Source: Octopus sinensis
Taxonomy: Eukaryota
Direction: 5' to 3'
Length of the DNA: 64,000 nt
Assembly (NCBI RefSeq): GCF_006345805.1
Contig: NC_043006.1
Span: 24,552,001-24,616,000, forward strand
Made by a program: the position numbers and the translations under genes. Shown here piece after piece: positions 51,364 to 62,769 of this stretch. Below the pieces are notes generated by a model. It was not told the origin of the DNA and ran no database searches. It saw only the letters and a list, made by a program, of their open reading frames with translations. Within the stretch, counting starts at the first letter, position 1. Each line of letters starts with the position of its first letter.

Positions 51364-52169
51364 TGATAATAAAATTTTAATATAAACTTGAAAACAGTAA
51401 CAATTGTATCTATTTGGTGTTTACATATAAATATTAAACACTACCTTTAAAACACTAATAATATTCACTAAAATGGTATTACTAAATAAATTCAAATACT
51501 ACATTATTTGGGTAATTTAAACCTATGATATGAGTGACCAACAGTTTAATTTGACTATTTACAAACATATATATGGTGATAAACACATGTACAAGGCCAA
51601 AACTTTAGAGGGTGAAGCAAAGTTGATTATATTAACAAGTATTTGGCTAGTACTTATTTATTTAACCCTGAAAAATTTTAACCAAAGTTAACCTTGGAAA
51701 GATTTAAACTCAGAAATATTAAAAACTCATATCTAATAATGAAGAGAGTACTTGCCTATTAGATGTATAATATGACCACTAAAATAAAGCTTCTTGTCTT
51801 AAGAACAGTATGAAGCTACAAAATAGAAACTATAACCAGTTACTAGCAATAAAAATAAAGAGAAACTAATAGACATAATTCTTAGTCAAATAAACTTTAA
51901 AAACTTTTCGATAGCTCATACTCAATGTATGTGCTTTGTTTGTTTGCTGGATTTGCTGTGAGACAGTGCTTTGAGATAACTCCTTCAATAGGATGGATAT
52001 TCAGACACCAGAAAGTAATAGACAGGAGCCTCAGAATTCAGTAGATGGATATTGATATTTCCCCATTTTTGTGTCGTATCAATATCATGTTCCTGAATTG
52101 AAGTATGTGTGATCAATAATGTTTACAACACTAGCAGTGCTTTTAATTTGTTATTGAATATTATATATA

Positions 52170-52381
52170 TATACTCTTTTACTTGTTTCAGTCATTTGAC
52201 TGTGGCCATGCTGGAGCACTGCCTTTTAGTCAAGCAAATCGACCCCAGGACTTATTCTGTGTAAGCCTACTACTTATTCTACCAGTCTCTTTTGCCAAAC
52301 CGCTAAGTTACAGGGACACAAACACACAAGCAACGGTTGTCAAGCAATATTGGGGGGACAAACACAGACACACAAGCATAT

Positions 52382-52426
<45 letters not shown>

Positions 52427-52575
52427 AATACGACAGGCTTCTTTCAGTTTCCGTCTACCAAATCTACTCACAAGGCTTTGGTTGGCCCGAGGCTATAGTA
52501 GAAGACACTTGCCCAAGGTGCCATGCAGTGGGACTGAACCCGGAAGTAAGCAAGATACTTACCACACAGCCACTC
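52170..52575 (-). mobile_element. tRNA-derived SINE (1850 head/body, alternative tail)
   Basis: Reverse complement of the 60960-61350 element: tactt..tgtttcagtcatttgactgtggccatgctgg..; gaagacacttgcccaaggtgcc. Confidence 0.8.
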
Positions 52576-52585
52576 CTATATATAC

Positions 52586-52639
<54 letters not shown>

Positions 52640-52651
52640 TACACACACACA

Positions 52652-53645
52652 GTGTAGTTTGTTTTGTACTCTGTTTTTTTCGTTTAGGTCCGTTTCCACG
52701 TTTGTTTTTACGTTTTCGTTTCTCGTTGAGTTCTACGTCTATTTGTGGTGTCCTGTACTCACGTATATATATTTATATATGCATGTATATATACATGTAG
52801 ATGTAGGTACGTACATATATGTATGTATGTATGCATATATTTTATTTATAACACTATTGTATGACTGAGCGCCCTCGCGTCGATTCGATTCGTTTTCGTT
52901 TCATCTCCTCCAAGGAAGTTTTGTTATTTATAATTGTGACGCGAAACTCTACAACTCTTTGCTTGACCTTCTCTTCCTTCCCTATCTTCCTCTCACTCCT
53001 CCTCATCTCTCTCTCTCACAGCCGCTTGTCTTCCTCTATCTCTCTCACTCCTCCTCATCTCTTTCACAGCGGACGAGTTGCTTCCTTTCACCACTGGCAT
53101 TCTAACAGTGAACACTGTTCTTCTAGCGCTCTTAGAATCTTTCCTCATGTAGGCCAGCATTAAGGCCCTCATTGTCTGTTTTTTTGTTTGTTTTATTTCT
53201 TGTACTGTATTTTTCGTACTTGTAATTTTATTCTGTATTTTTATTTTGTATTTTATTTTGTAATTTTATTTGTATCGTTTTTTTGTCACCTGTTTAACTT
53301 TCCTTGTTTTTACCCCTCTGCGAAGCAATTTTATTTAATTCCTTCGCAGGAATGACTAGTTCCACGAGTCGTGTTCTGTCCAACCTTCGAAACACACTGG
53401 AGTTGAACTAGGGACAGCTGATGAAGGGGATTTTTCCTTGTGTAGTTTGTTTTGTACTGTTTTTTTTTCGTTTAGGTCCGTTTCCACGTTTGTTTTTACG
53501 TTTTCGTTTCTCGTTGAGTTCTATGTCTATTTGTGGTGCCCTGTACTCACGTATATATATTTATATATGCATGTATATATACATGTAGATGTAGGTACGT
53601 ACATATATGTATGTATGTATGCATATATTTTATTTATTACACTAT
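52652..53645 (+). mobile_element. Non-coding retrozyme-like or PLE pLTR-like element: 788-bp unit plus 206-bp terminal direct repeat
   Basis: 52652-52857 is nearly identical to 53440-53645; CpG-rich interior; flanked by (CA)n/(TA)n; carries the permuted hammerhead. Confidence 0.75.
53371..53429 (+). ncRNA. Non-circularly permuted hammerhead ribozyme candidate
   Basis: gtg-T-T-ctgtcc / aac / cttc-GAAA-cac / linker / ggacag-CTGATGA-a-gggg: all core nucleotides present; 6-bp stem I, 4-bp stem II, 4-bp stem III. Confidence 0.7.
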
Positions 53646-53760
53646 ATATAAATATATGTATATATATATATATATATATACAATTGCAGCGCAGAAGGTG
53701 TTTATAAGCCATTTAAGAAACAGACAAAACCGTTAGATTCACTTCAACACTTAAATTTAA

Positions 53761-53811
53761 TTTGTCAAAATATTTTCGTCACTTTGAGACCGCGACCTGT
53801 TCACTGACAAA
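53761..53811 (-). ncRNA. Type I hammerhead with G3:C8-swapped core
   Basis: Minus strand: tttgtca-GTGAACA-g-gtcgc-ggtctcaaa-gtgac-GAAA-atat-T-T-tgacaaa. Confidence 0.65.
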
Positions 53812-53839
53812 GCTTCGTGCTTTTATGTAGTTGTGATAC

Positions 53840-54365
53840 CCGTGCCGGTGGCATGTAGGGCCTCACAAAGGAAATGACGAAGACCGAGACCCCTGAGATA
53901 TGCTGTAACTGTGAAGACCCGACAAATGAAGTGAGTTCATGGCTTGCAGGACGGCCTGCTGTGCTAATCTTGGATCGTAGAGTGACCCATTGTTCTCCAC
54001 GAGACCTATTGAGTCAAGTACGTCAACACCAACATCAAAATAAAATCAAATGGAATTTTTAGTTAAGACACCTGTGCCGGTGACACATAAAAAGCACCGG
54101 CAGATGCCAGCGCTGCCTGACTGGGGTCCATGTCAGTGACACGTAAAAGCACCAACCGATCGTGGCTGTTTGCCAGCCTCCACTGGCCCCTGTGCTGGTG
54201 GCACATAAAAAACACCCACTACACTCAAGGAGTGGTTGGCAATAGGAAGGGCATCCAGCTGTAGAAACACTGCCAAACCAGAATGGAGCCTCCGTAGCTT
54301 ACCAGACCCTGGTCGAACCGTCCAACCCATGCTAGCATGGAAAACGGACATTAAATGATGATGAT
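53840..54365 (+). mobile_element. RTE-derived 3' UTR/tail fragment
   Basis: gtgccggtggca-type hairpin units followed by ggttggcaataggaagggcatccagc...gatgatgatga. Confidence 0.75.
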
Positions 54366-54634
54366 GATAAATATACTAGCTGGTGTAATTCTCGGGGGTA
54401 AAGATGTTCTATTGAAATGCCTTATTACTTTGATATAAAAGAAAGCAAAAGACCAGTGATGAGGTCACAGAAGTAAGGATTAATATAAAATAAAGCTGAA
54501 GCAAGTGAACACCAAATATATAGTGCATGTGTTTTTATTGGCTAAACTGGCAAAATAACCAGTCCCAAATGCAACAATATCTGTTTCAACACGCATTCAC
54601 ATCAAGAATCTTCCAAAACAAATATGTAAACGTA

Positions 54635-54691
54635 ACATCTATACATATCTATATATATATATATATATATATATACATCTATCTATCTATC

Positions 54692-54732
<41 letters not shown>

Positions 54733-54782
54733 TCTATCTATCTATATATATATATATATATACACACATCTATCTATCTATC

Positions 54783-54815
<33 letters not shown>

Positions 54816-55068
54816 CTATCTATCTATCTATATATATATATATATACACACATCTATCTATCTATCTATATATATATATATATACACACACATCTATCTA
54901 TATATATATACACACATATATCTATATATATATATACACACATCTATCTATCTATCTATATATACACACATCTATCTATCTATCTATATATACACACATC
55001 TATCTATCTATCTATATATACACACATCTATCTATCTATCTATATATACACACATCTATCTATCTATC

Positions 55069-55128
<60 letters not shown>

Positions 55129-55147
55129 TCTATCTATCTATATATAT

Positions 55148-55179
<32 letters not shown>

Positions 55180-55242
55180 CACACACATCTATCTATCTAT
55201 ATATATATATATATATTATACACACATCTATCTATCTATCTA

Positions 55243-55281
<39 letters not shown>

Positions 55282-55409
55282 CTATCTATCTAATATATAT
55301 ATATATACACAATCTATCTATCTATCTATATATATATATATATATATATATTACACACATCTATCTATATATATATATATATACACACATCTATCTATCT
55401 ATCTATCTA

Positions 55410-55480
<71 letters not shown>

Positions 55481-55600
55481 CACATCTATCTATCTATCTA
55501 TCTATATATATATATATACACATACATATATACACATATATATATATACATCTCTATATTTATATAGAGATATACATCTATATATGTGTAGAGTGTCAGG
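54635..55600. repeat. Compound microsatellite array (CACACA + (TCTA)n + (TA)n units)
   Basis: Recurrent cacacatctatctatctatatata unit with variable internal copy numbers. Confidence 0.95.
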
Positions 55601-56260
55601 TGTGATGTACAGGACTGAATATTGAGTAAAAGTCATCAGAATTTTGGAAAGAACTTTTTTTATTTTATTATATCTTCATTTTCATACTAGGGCTTGAACT
55701 TATTAAATATAATTGTGAACATACAGATATGTTGCTTATTTATATAAAATAGATGTTTTGGGGGGATTCTGTTTATAAGAGAACATTGTTTTTGTTTTTT
55801 GGGGGTGGGGGTGAGGCTTTGAAGACAATGGAAGATGGATAGACAGATAGAGAGAGATAGAGAGAGAGAAAGTCAGACAGAGAGAAAGATGGCTAGGGTA
55901 AAAGAGGGAGAGAAGGTCTATTCATTTTCCTATCCACCACATTTCATTGTATTGAAATGGTCTTTTTAAGGATTGTCAAAAAAATATATAAATAAATAAA
56001 AGTGAAAACTTGTTTACTACTTGCACTGTTGTTTTGAAATGGCTTTTAGGGATGGTAACAAAAGAAAAAAAGAAAAAGAAAAGAAAGAAAAAATAGAGAA
56101 TAAGAAATAAAAAATAGTAAAAAAATGTTTTCCTGTCCTTTCTGTGCTAGTGGTTTCTTTTAATATTTGAGTTATATTTAGAATATATTCCTGTCATACA
56201 TTTTTTTTTTTTTGGTAAGGTGTAGTTCTGTATGAAAATAACTATGTATATCATACCCAT

Positions 56261-56305
<45 letters not shown>

Positions 56306-56338
56306 CAAAACATACTCTTTGCTTTGCTTTTTTCTCTT

Positions 56339-56772
56339 TCAAACATTTAATTTCAGAGAGAATTTTTTTATGAAGTGTAGTTCCTTTACCTTTCGATATT
56401 GTGGATCGTCCCGTGCACATTTGTAAAAGGGAAAGCTTTGGAACTTTCCATCTCCGCATATTTCTAGATGCTTACTCAATGGAATCTTTTGTAGCTCTTC
56501 TTGCCGGATATGTTGCCTGTGAATTCATGCACGTTGGCAGAGGGAGTTATTTGTTTTGCCAATGTAATTTTCTTTACAGCTTGGGCAGGTAATGCAGTAT
56601 ACGAGATTTTGTGTTTTACAGTTCATATCTGCATATATTTTAAAAATGGATCCATTCTTGAACTTCACATGGGAACCACTTTCTATGTACTTGAAGTTGT
56701 TGGTATTGTTACATGTTCTACATCTATCTCCACATTCTTTTACTACGAACTCTGGTTTATTCTCTGGTTCAG
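56339..56772 (-). pseudogene. Penelope-like GIY-YIG endonuclease C-terminus (not in the ORF track)
   Basis: EFVVKECGDRCRTC..MNCKTQNLVYCITCPSCKENYIGKTNNSLCQRA*IHRQHI..HLEIC..KELHFIKKFSLKLNV*; one internal TGA. Confidence 0.85.
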
Positions 56773-56829
56773 ATCATATATACATATATACATATATATG
56801 TATACATACATACATATATATATATATAT

Positions 56830-57140
56830 TATGTGGAATGGCCCAGTGGTTAGGGCAGCGGACTCGCGGTTGTAGGATCGCAGTTTTGATTCCCAGAGTG
56901 AACGTTGTGAGTGTTTATTGAGCGAATACACCTGAAGCTCCACAAGGCTCCGGCAAGTGGTGGTGGCAATCCCTGCTGTACTCATTCGCCACAACTTTTT
57001 CTCACTCTTTCTTCTGCTGGCCTGCTTGCTTAGCCAGCAGGGTGGCATCATTTGAAAGCTAAAACAATGCAAAGCACATTGTGACCAGCGATGTGTAGCA
57101 ACATCTGATAGCCTGGTCGGTCAAGGTGGTGGTAACATAT
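56830..57140 (+). mobile_element. tRNA-derived SINE, third family (octopus OR-type-like)
   Basis: Head aatggcccagtggttagggcagcggactcgcggt..gattccc (A/B boxes); 3' end ...ctggtcggtcaaggtgg followed by (AT)n. Confidence 0.75.
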
Positions 57141-57154
57141 ATATATATATGTGT

Positions 57155-57210
<56 letters not shown>

Positions 57211-57279
57211 ATATATAGATAGCTATATATATATGTATGTATACATATATGTGTGTATTTATATATGTGTGCGTATATT

Positions 57280-57334
<55 letters not shown>

Positions 57335-57379
57335 ATTTATATATGTGTGCGTATGTTTGTATGTATATATATATATATA

Positions 57380-57775
57380 TGGCACATAAAAGCACCAGCC
57401 TCGCCTGGCCCCCGTGCCGGTAGCATGTAAAAGCACCATCCGTTCGTGGCCGTTGCCCGCCTCGTCTGGCTCCCGTGCCGGTGGCACGTAAAAAGCACCA
57501 TCCGATCATGGCCGTTGCCAGCCTCGCCTGGCCCCCGTGCCAGTGGCACGTAAAAAGCACCATCCATCCGTGGCCGTTTGCCAGCTCCGTCTGGTACCTG
57601 TGCGGGTGGCACATAAAAAGCACCCACTACACTCACGGAGTGGTTGGCATTAGGAAGGACATCCAGCCGTAGAAACACTGATGCAGCTTTCTGGCTTCAC
57701 AGACCCCAGTTGAACCGTCCAACCCATGCTAGCATGGAAAGCGGACGCTAAATGATGATGATGATGATGATATGT
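57380..57775 (+). mobile_element. RTE-derived 3' UTR/tail with about 4 hairpin units
   Basis: gtgccagtggcacgtaaaaagcacc units; tail aacccatgctagcatggaaagcggacgctaaatgatgatga. Confidence 0.8.
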
Positions 57776-57835
57776 GTGTGTGTGTGTGTGTGTATATGTA
57801 TATTTATATATGTGTGTGTGTATATATATATATCA

Positions 57836-58382
57836 GCAAAGTCATGGAACAGATAGTCAGAGGGAAACTAATTGCATTCCTTGAAGAAAATAACTTGCTG
57901 AGTGATACCCAGCATGGTTTTCGACCAGGTAGGAGCTGCCTGACCCAGCTCTTCCAACATTATGACGGGGTGTTGAAGCAGTTACTCAACAAATCAAATG
58001 TGGACGTAATATACCTTGATTTTGCAAAAGCTTTTGACAAGGTGGATCATGGTATGATATGCCACAAACTGCATGACCTTGGCATAGCTGGAAAACTTGG
58101 AGAGTGGTTACATGACTTCCTGAAAGAGGTCATTAGGCAGTAGTGGCTAATGGAGTCACCTCTATGAACACACAAATAGTGAGCGGTGTTCCAGAGGGCA
58201 CAGTCTTGGGACTACTGCTTTTTATAGTGGCATCTCAGATATGCCCTCAAATGCCTGGGTAGCCACTCTGGCAAGCTATGCAGATGATATGAAAGTCTTG
58301 CAGAAAATACAGAACCCCAGCGATGTTGCACACCTTCAGCAGAAGTTGGACTCAATTTACAGATGGGCTGAGGATAATAATA
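57836..58382 (+). mobile_element. CR1-clade LINE RT fragment
   Basis: SKVMEQIV..QHGFRPGRSCLTQL..DVIYLDFAKAFDKVDH..SGVPEGTVLG..SYADD. Confidence 0.9.
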
Positions 58383-58410
58383 TTAGACTCACTTCAACAT
58401 TTAAATTTAA

Positions 58411-58461
58411 TTTGTCAAAATATTTTCGTCGCTTTGAGACTGTGACCTGTTCACTGACAAA
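58411..58461 (-). ncRNA. Second G3:C8 hammerhead copy
   Basis: Minus strand: tttgtca-GTGAACA-g-gtcac-agtctcaaa-gcgac-GAAA-atat-T-T-tgacaaa; one stem II mismatch consistent with CpG decay. Confidence 0.6.
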
Positions 58462-60959
58462 ATTTCATGCTGCATCTCCAAAATAAAATTAAGTAAAATA
58501 AAATTCCACACACGCAAACAAAATAACTGTATATTAACTATACAAGTAGAAAAGAAAGTCTTCTCCACACACATGTATATGTGTTTGCACACACTCTCTT
58601 CACAGAGACCTATAAAACAAAGGAACTGATAGAATGGAAGAAAGGAAATACTGTTAGGTTCTGGTTACATTTCCTTTAAAACTTCCTTCTGAAAGTTGTT
58701 CACATTTTTGTTGTTCTACCAACCAACACATAATTGGACTAGGGGAATAAAGGGGTGTAAACTTCTGGTCAGGTCAATTCTGCAGACTAACCTACATTAC
58801 TTTCATTATATATGATAACTGAATAAGCAAACTAGAATGAGCTAATTGTAAAAGCCAAAAATAGTAAAAATCAACATCAAATGTAAGACAACTTTTTCAA
58901 CAGACATCCATCAAAATGCTAAATAGTAAGAAATTATATATCAAAATAAGAAGCATTGTTGAGGGAGAGAGAGACAATAACAGTTAGAATACAAATAAAT
59001 GTCAGGTAAATGTTTTGGCTTGTGTAGTTAAACTGAACCAAACAATAGAATACATAAATAAATAAAATAAACAAGCAAAGGTAAGAAGTAGGGACTAAAA
59101 AACTATGGAATGGACAGGGCAGCATATAATGTTAATCATAGATGAACAAGTTTAGCTATGTCATGATCAAATTTCAAACAAAATGAATTTCATGTTGTAT
59201 ATCTCTACTAATAATATCAACATAGTTGAGTGGTCTTTGTTCTTTAGTATAGTATAGAAGTCTTCAAAATAGAAGATCTCATATGACAATATTAGAGATG
59301 GGTGCAATGTGTCCTTAAATCACCTCTTTTATTTTGTACTCATGCCATGAGATGCTTTGAGCCCTCACAAGAAGACTGGTGAATGTACCATCAAGACAAT
59401 ATAATTTTAGTAAAATAAGATGTTTACTTGTATTTTAAACTCGTAATGAATGAACTACTAAACAATTTTAGACATTAGAAATACTAAAATACCATTATAT
59501 GCTTAAACTATCTAATAGTCTACTACATGGGTGTTTGGAAGATAATCTAACAAATATTCTTTTAAAGTAACTATTCCAATAATTACTTTATCAGTCAAAA
59601 ATTCTATTGTGGGTTTAACAATATTTCATTTGAGAGTTTTATTGAAATATGAATACATAATATTATCAGTTCTCCAGGTGAACCAAAGTTGTGCTCTGGA
59701 AGATTGGTATCAAAAAAGGGTTTAAGGTGTTAGGGTAGAGACAAAGCAAAATACTGTGATATGGTCATGTGATAAGAAAATCAGAAATTAGAACAATGCT
59801 TTCATATTAGGTAAAGAAGAGAAGAATGATGTTGTATAACAAATGACTTTCACCAAGGATTTACATGTTGAAACAAAATAATTCAGCTACAATGGAGAAT
59901 CAAACAGAATTATAAAAACTAGTAGGACCTGTGGAAATTCCACAGTGTAATTTAGCATATTTGAAAACATCAATATATTAAACACAAGGAATTTTTTTAA
60001 AATTCCCTTGAAATCCAGCCATTTAATTAAACACGTACTTATAAATATAATCAAATGAACTTAGAAAATATTGCTTATTTACTTTCTTTTAATATGTTTG
60101 GCAGATATAGTGTGTTTTATAGTGTAAGGAAAAGGAGAGAGAGTGAGACAGGCAGACAGATTAAGCTAGACTTTTCGCTGTCCAACCACCAAGGTTCAGT
60201 TAAAGTTATTTACCAACTGAGATTATTTTCATTTCAGTTACATATTTATTTGTTTATCTATTAATATATCTCTGTATCTGCATATCTGTTAACTTACCTA
60301 CGTACCTATCTAACTATGTAGCTAGCTAGCTAGCTAGACAGATAGATAGGTAAACCAAACTGCAAAAAAGAAAAATCAATAATGGTAATGCCCAAGCATG
60401 GTCGCAACCTTTGATCTGGAACATGTTAATGATAAAACTGTAACATCCACAGCTATTTGCTAAGATTATTTCACTCTGATTTAACCATCTATAAAAAATA
60501 TTTTAATGCATAAATTTATAGATAGATCTTTTACATTGTTTCACTATGTAAAACATTTCAACTGTGCCCACGATTTGTACATACAAATGCAGAATAATAG
60601 ACCTTCACCCTCTCTCTTAGTTTACTCTTCTCCCCAAGTATATATATATATATATACTTGTCCATTTGATTTAATACTTCCGCTGGTTTAAGTGTAACAT
60701 GTGAACAAAATAGATAGGAATGCAGGAACGCACAGAATAATATTATAGATGATAGTATGGCTATGTAATATGAATGGAAGGTAACAATTAAGAGAGAAAA
60801 AGTGCTGTATATTCTGAGTGGAGAACACATTTGGTTGAGGATGGTCAAAGTAGATTCATGATAGTGTGATGAAATCTCAGTGATAGTGAAGGACTAAATC
60901 AATGTTGATATAATATAGGGTCTAGCTCTCCAACCCATGCTAGCAGAGAATGTCAAATA

Positions 60960-61350
60960 GGCACAGGCGTAACTGTGTAGTAAAGAAGCTTGGTTATCAA
61001 CTTCATGGTTTGTGGTTCAGTCCCACTGTGTGGTACCTTGGGCAAGTGTCTTCTACTATAGACTCAGGCTGACCAAAGTCTTATGAGTAGATTTGGTAGT
61101 AGGAAACTGAAAGAAGCTCATCGTATATATGTGTGTGTCTTTGTGTCTGTGTTTGTCTTCCCCCACACCACTTGACAATCAGTGCTAATGTGTTTGTATC
61201 CCTATAACCTAGCAGTTTGTCAAAATAGACTGATAGAATAAGTACCAGGCTTTAAAAAGACTAAGGTCAATACACTCAACTAAAAATTCTCCAAGGCGAT
61301 ACCCAAGCATGGCTGCAGTCTATTGACTGAAACAAGTAAAAGATAAAAGA
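60960..61350 (+). mobile_element. tRNA-derived SINE (alternative-tail subfamily)
   Basis: ggcacaggcgtaactgtgtagtaaagaagc..ggttcagtcccactg..ccttgggcaagtgtcttctactatag..; tail gactgaaacaagtaaaagataaaaga. Confidence 0.8.
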
Positions 61351-62199
61351 TAAGAAAATAGCTAAACAAAGAAGAAAAGTAGTGAAACTTAGCCTACTTG
61401 TTATATTTTTATGAGAATAATTATTATGAACGATTATTTGCACATTTATTCTTAACATGTCTAGGTAGGTTCAGAAGCAAAATATGAAGGTCAATGTGAT
61501 TTACACCATAGGAGAATATCCTCTCACTTTTACAAAAGTGTGTTTAACACACTAGGCTCAGTGGACACCAGTGTTTTGATATGTTGTGTCTCATCAACCA
61601 GGATTTTGAGCTGAATGTGTTGAATACACTGTCTTCATAAAAGAGAGAACTTATTCTCCCATGATGTACACTACAGCAACCACCATATTTTGCATTTGAA
61701 TCTGCCAAGATGTGTTAAGAATAAATATGCAAATGATGGTTCCAGATCTTGCTGTACATGGTGCAAATAACGATTTTTTTAATGATTATAAAGATTATCA
61801 TTTACCAGGAAAATCTTTAAAAAATCAATATTAAATATATTTTCCCAAAATCTATCAATATCACCAATGTAGAACTTATAATCAATGCTTCATCAATTTC
61901 AAATAACACAAAATCACAAAATACTTCTAACCAATATATATATATATACAACATGATTTTAAAAAAAGTCTAACTGAAGATAACTTACAAAAAAATAAGT
62001 AGAAACATCAAACAAAACTATCAAGACTTTTAAATTACGCATAAAGGTTTCATAGGTTTAAAAGTTATATAAATTTCATTGAAATTTATTCTAAAAGATA
62101 TACAAATATCTTTATGGTTAAATTTATCATTTACTCTAATTCAACTATTTGTATGTCTGGGAGACCACAGCATTCCTACAGCTGATGCTGCTAATCCTT

Positions 62200-62575
62200 G
62201 TAATGACAGAGTGGTGAAGAAGTTTGTGAAACTTTGATCTTGTAGACTGACCATAGTACTGAGGCAAGAAGACCAGACATGATTACAGAGGACAAAATAA
62301 ACAGTGTAAGGTCAGATTTCACAATTCCTTATAATAGCGAGTCAATACAAAAAAAAATTGAAAAAAATTGAGAAATATCAGCATCTAACCAGAGAGCTGA
62401 GGAGACTGTGAAACACCAAGACAACAATTACTCCTATAGCAATTGGTACACCTAGCACAACACCTAGAAAGCAAGAAACACTGAAAGAAATTAGAATTGA
62501 AATTTGCATTGTCAACCTGTAAGAATCCTAAGAAAGATTCTTGAGATTTGAGGTGACTTGTTGTCACCTAGCCTC
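62200..62575 (+). mobile_element. R4-like LINE RLE 3' fragment
   Basis: TDH..EARRPDMI; DFTIP; KYQHLTRELRRL; PIAIG; ..KILEI*GDLL. Confidence 0.7.
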
Positions 62576-62769
62576 AAAATAAAATAACTGCTAACTAAAT
62601 TAAGACTAGAGAAATAATAATGATGATAATGATGATAGCAATAGCAATTATTGTTGTTGTTATTGCTAGCAATCAGAGTGTTTAGTAACATCTTTTCATG
62701 TTCTGGGTTCAAAAGAAAAATTGAGTTTTTGATTTTCATTCTTTAGGAGTTCATGAAATAAGTTCTGGT

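Noticed and set aside
54527-55159. 210-aa ORF and other Y/I/H/T-rich ORFs (e.g. 26899-27567, 52183-52800, 57048-57623, 25754-26320)
   Set aside because: Translations of microsatellite or purine/pyrimidine tracts; no domain signal.
56830-56905. tRNA gene
   Set aside because: tRNA-like head continues into a SINE body and tail; no intact cloverleaf or terminator.
60292-60300. Minus-strand TAG|GTAAGT
   Set aside because: No pyrimidine tract; lies in a simple-repeat context.
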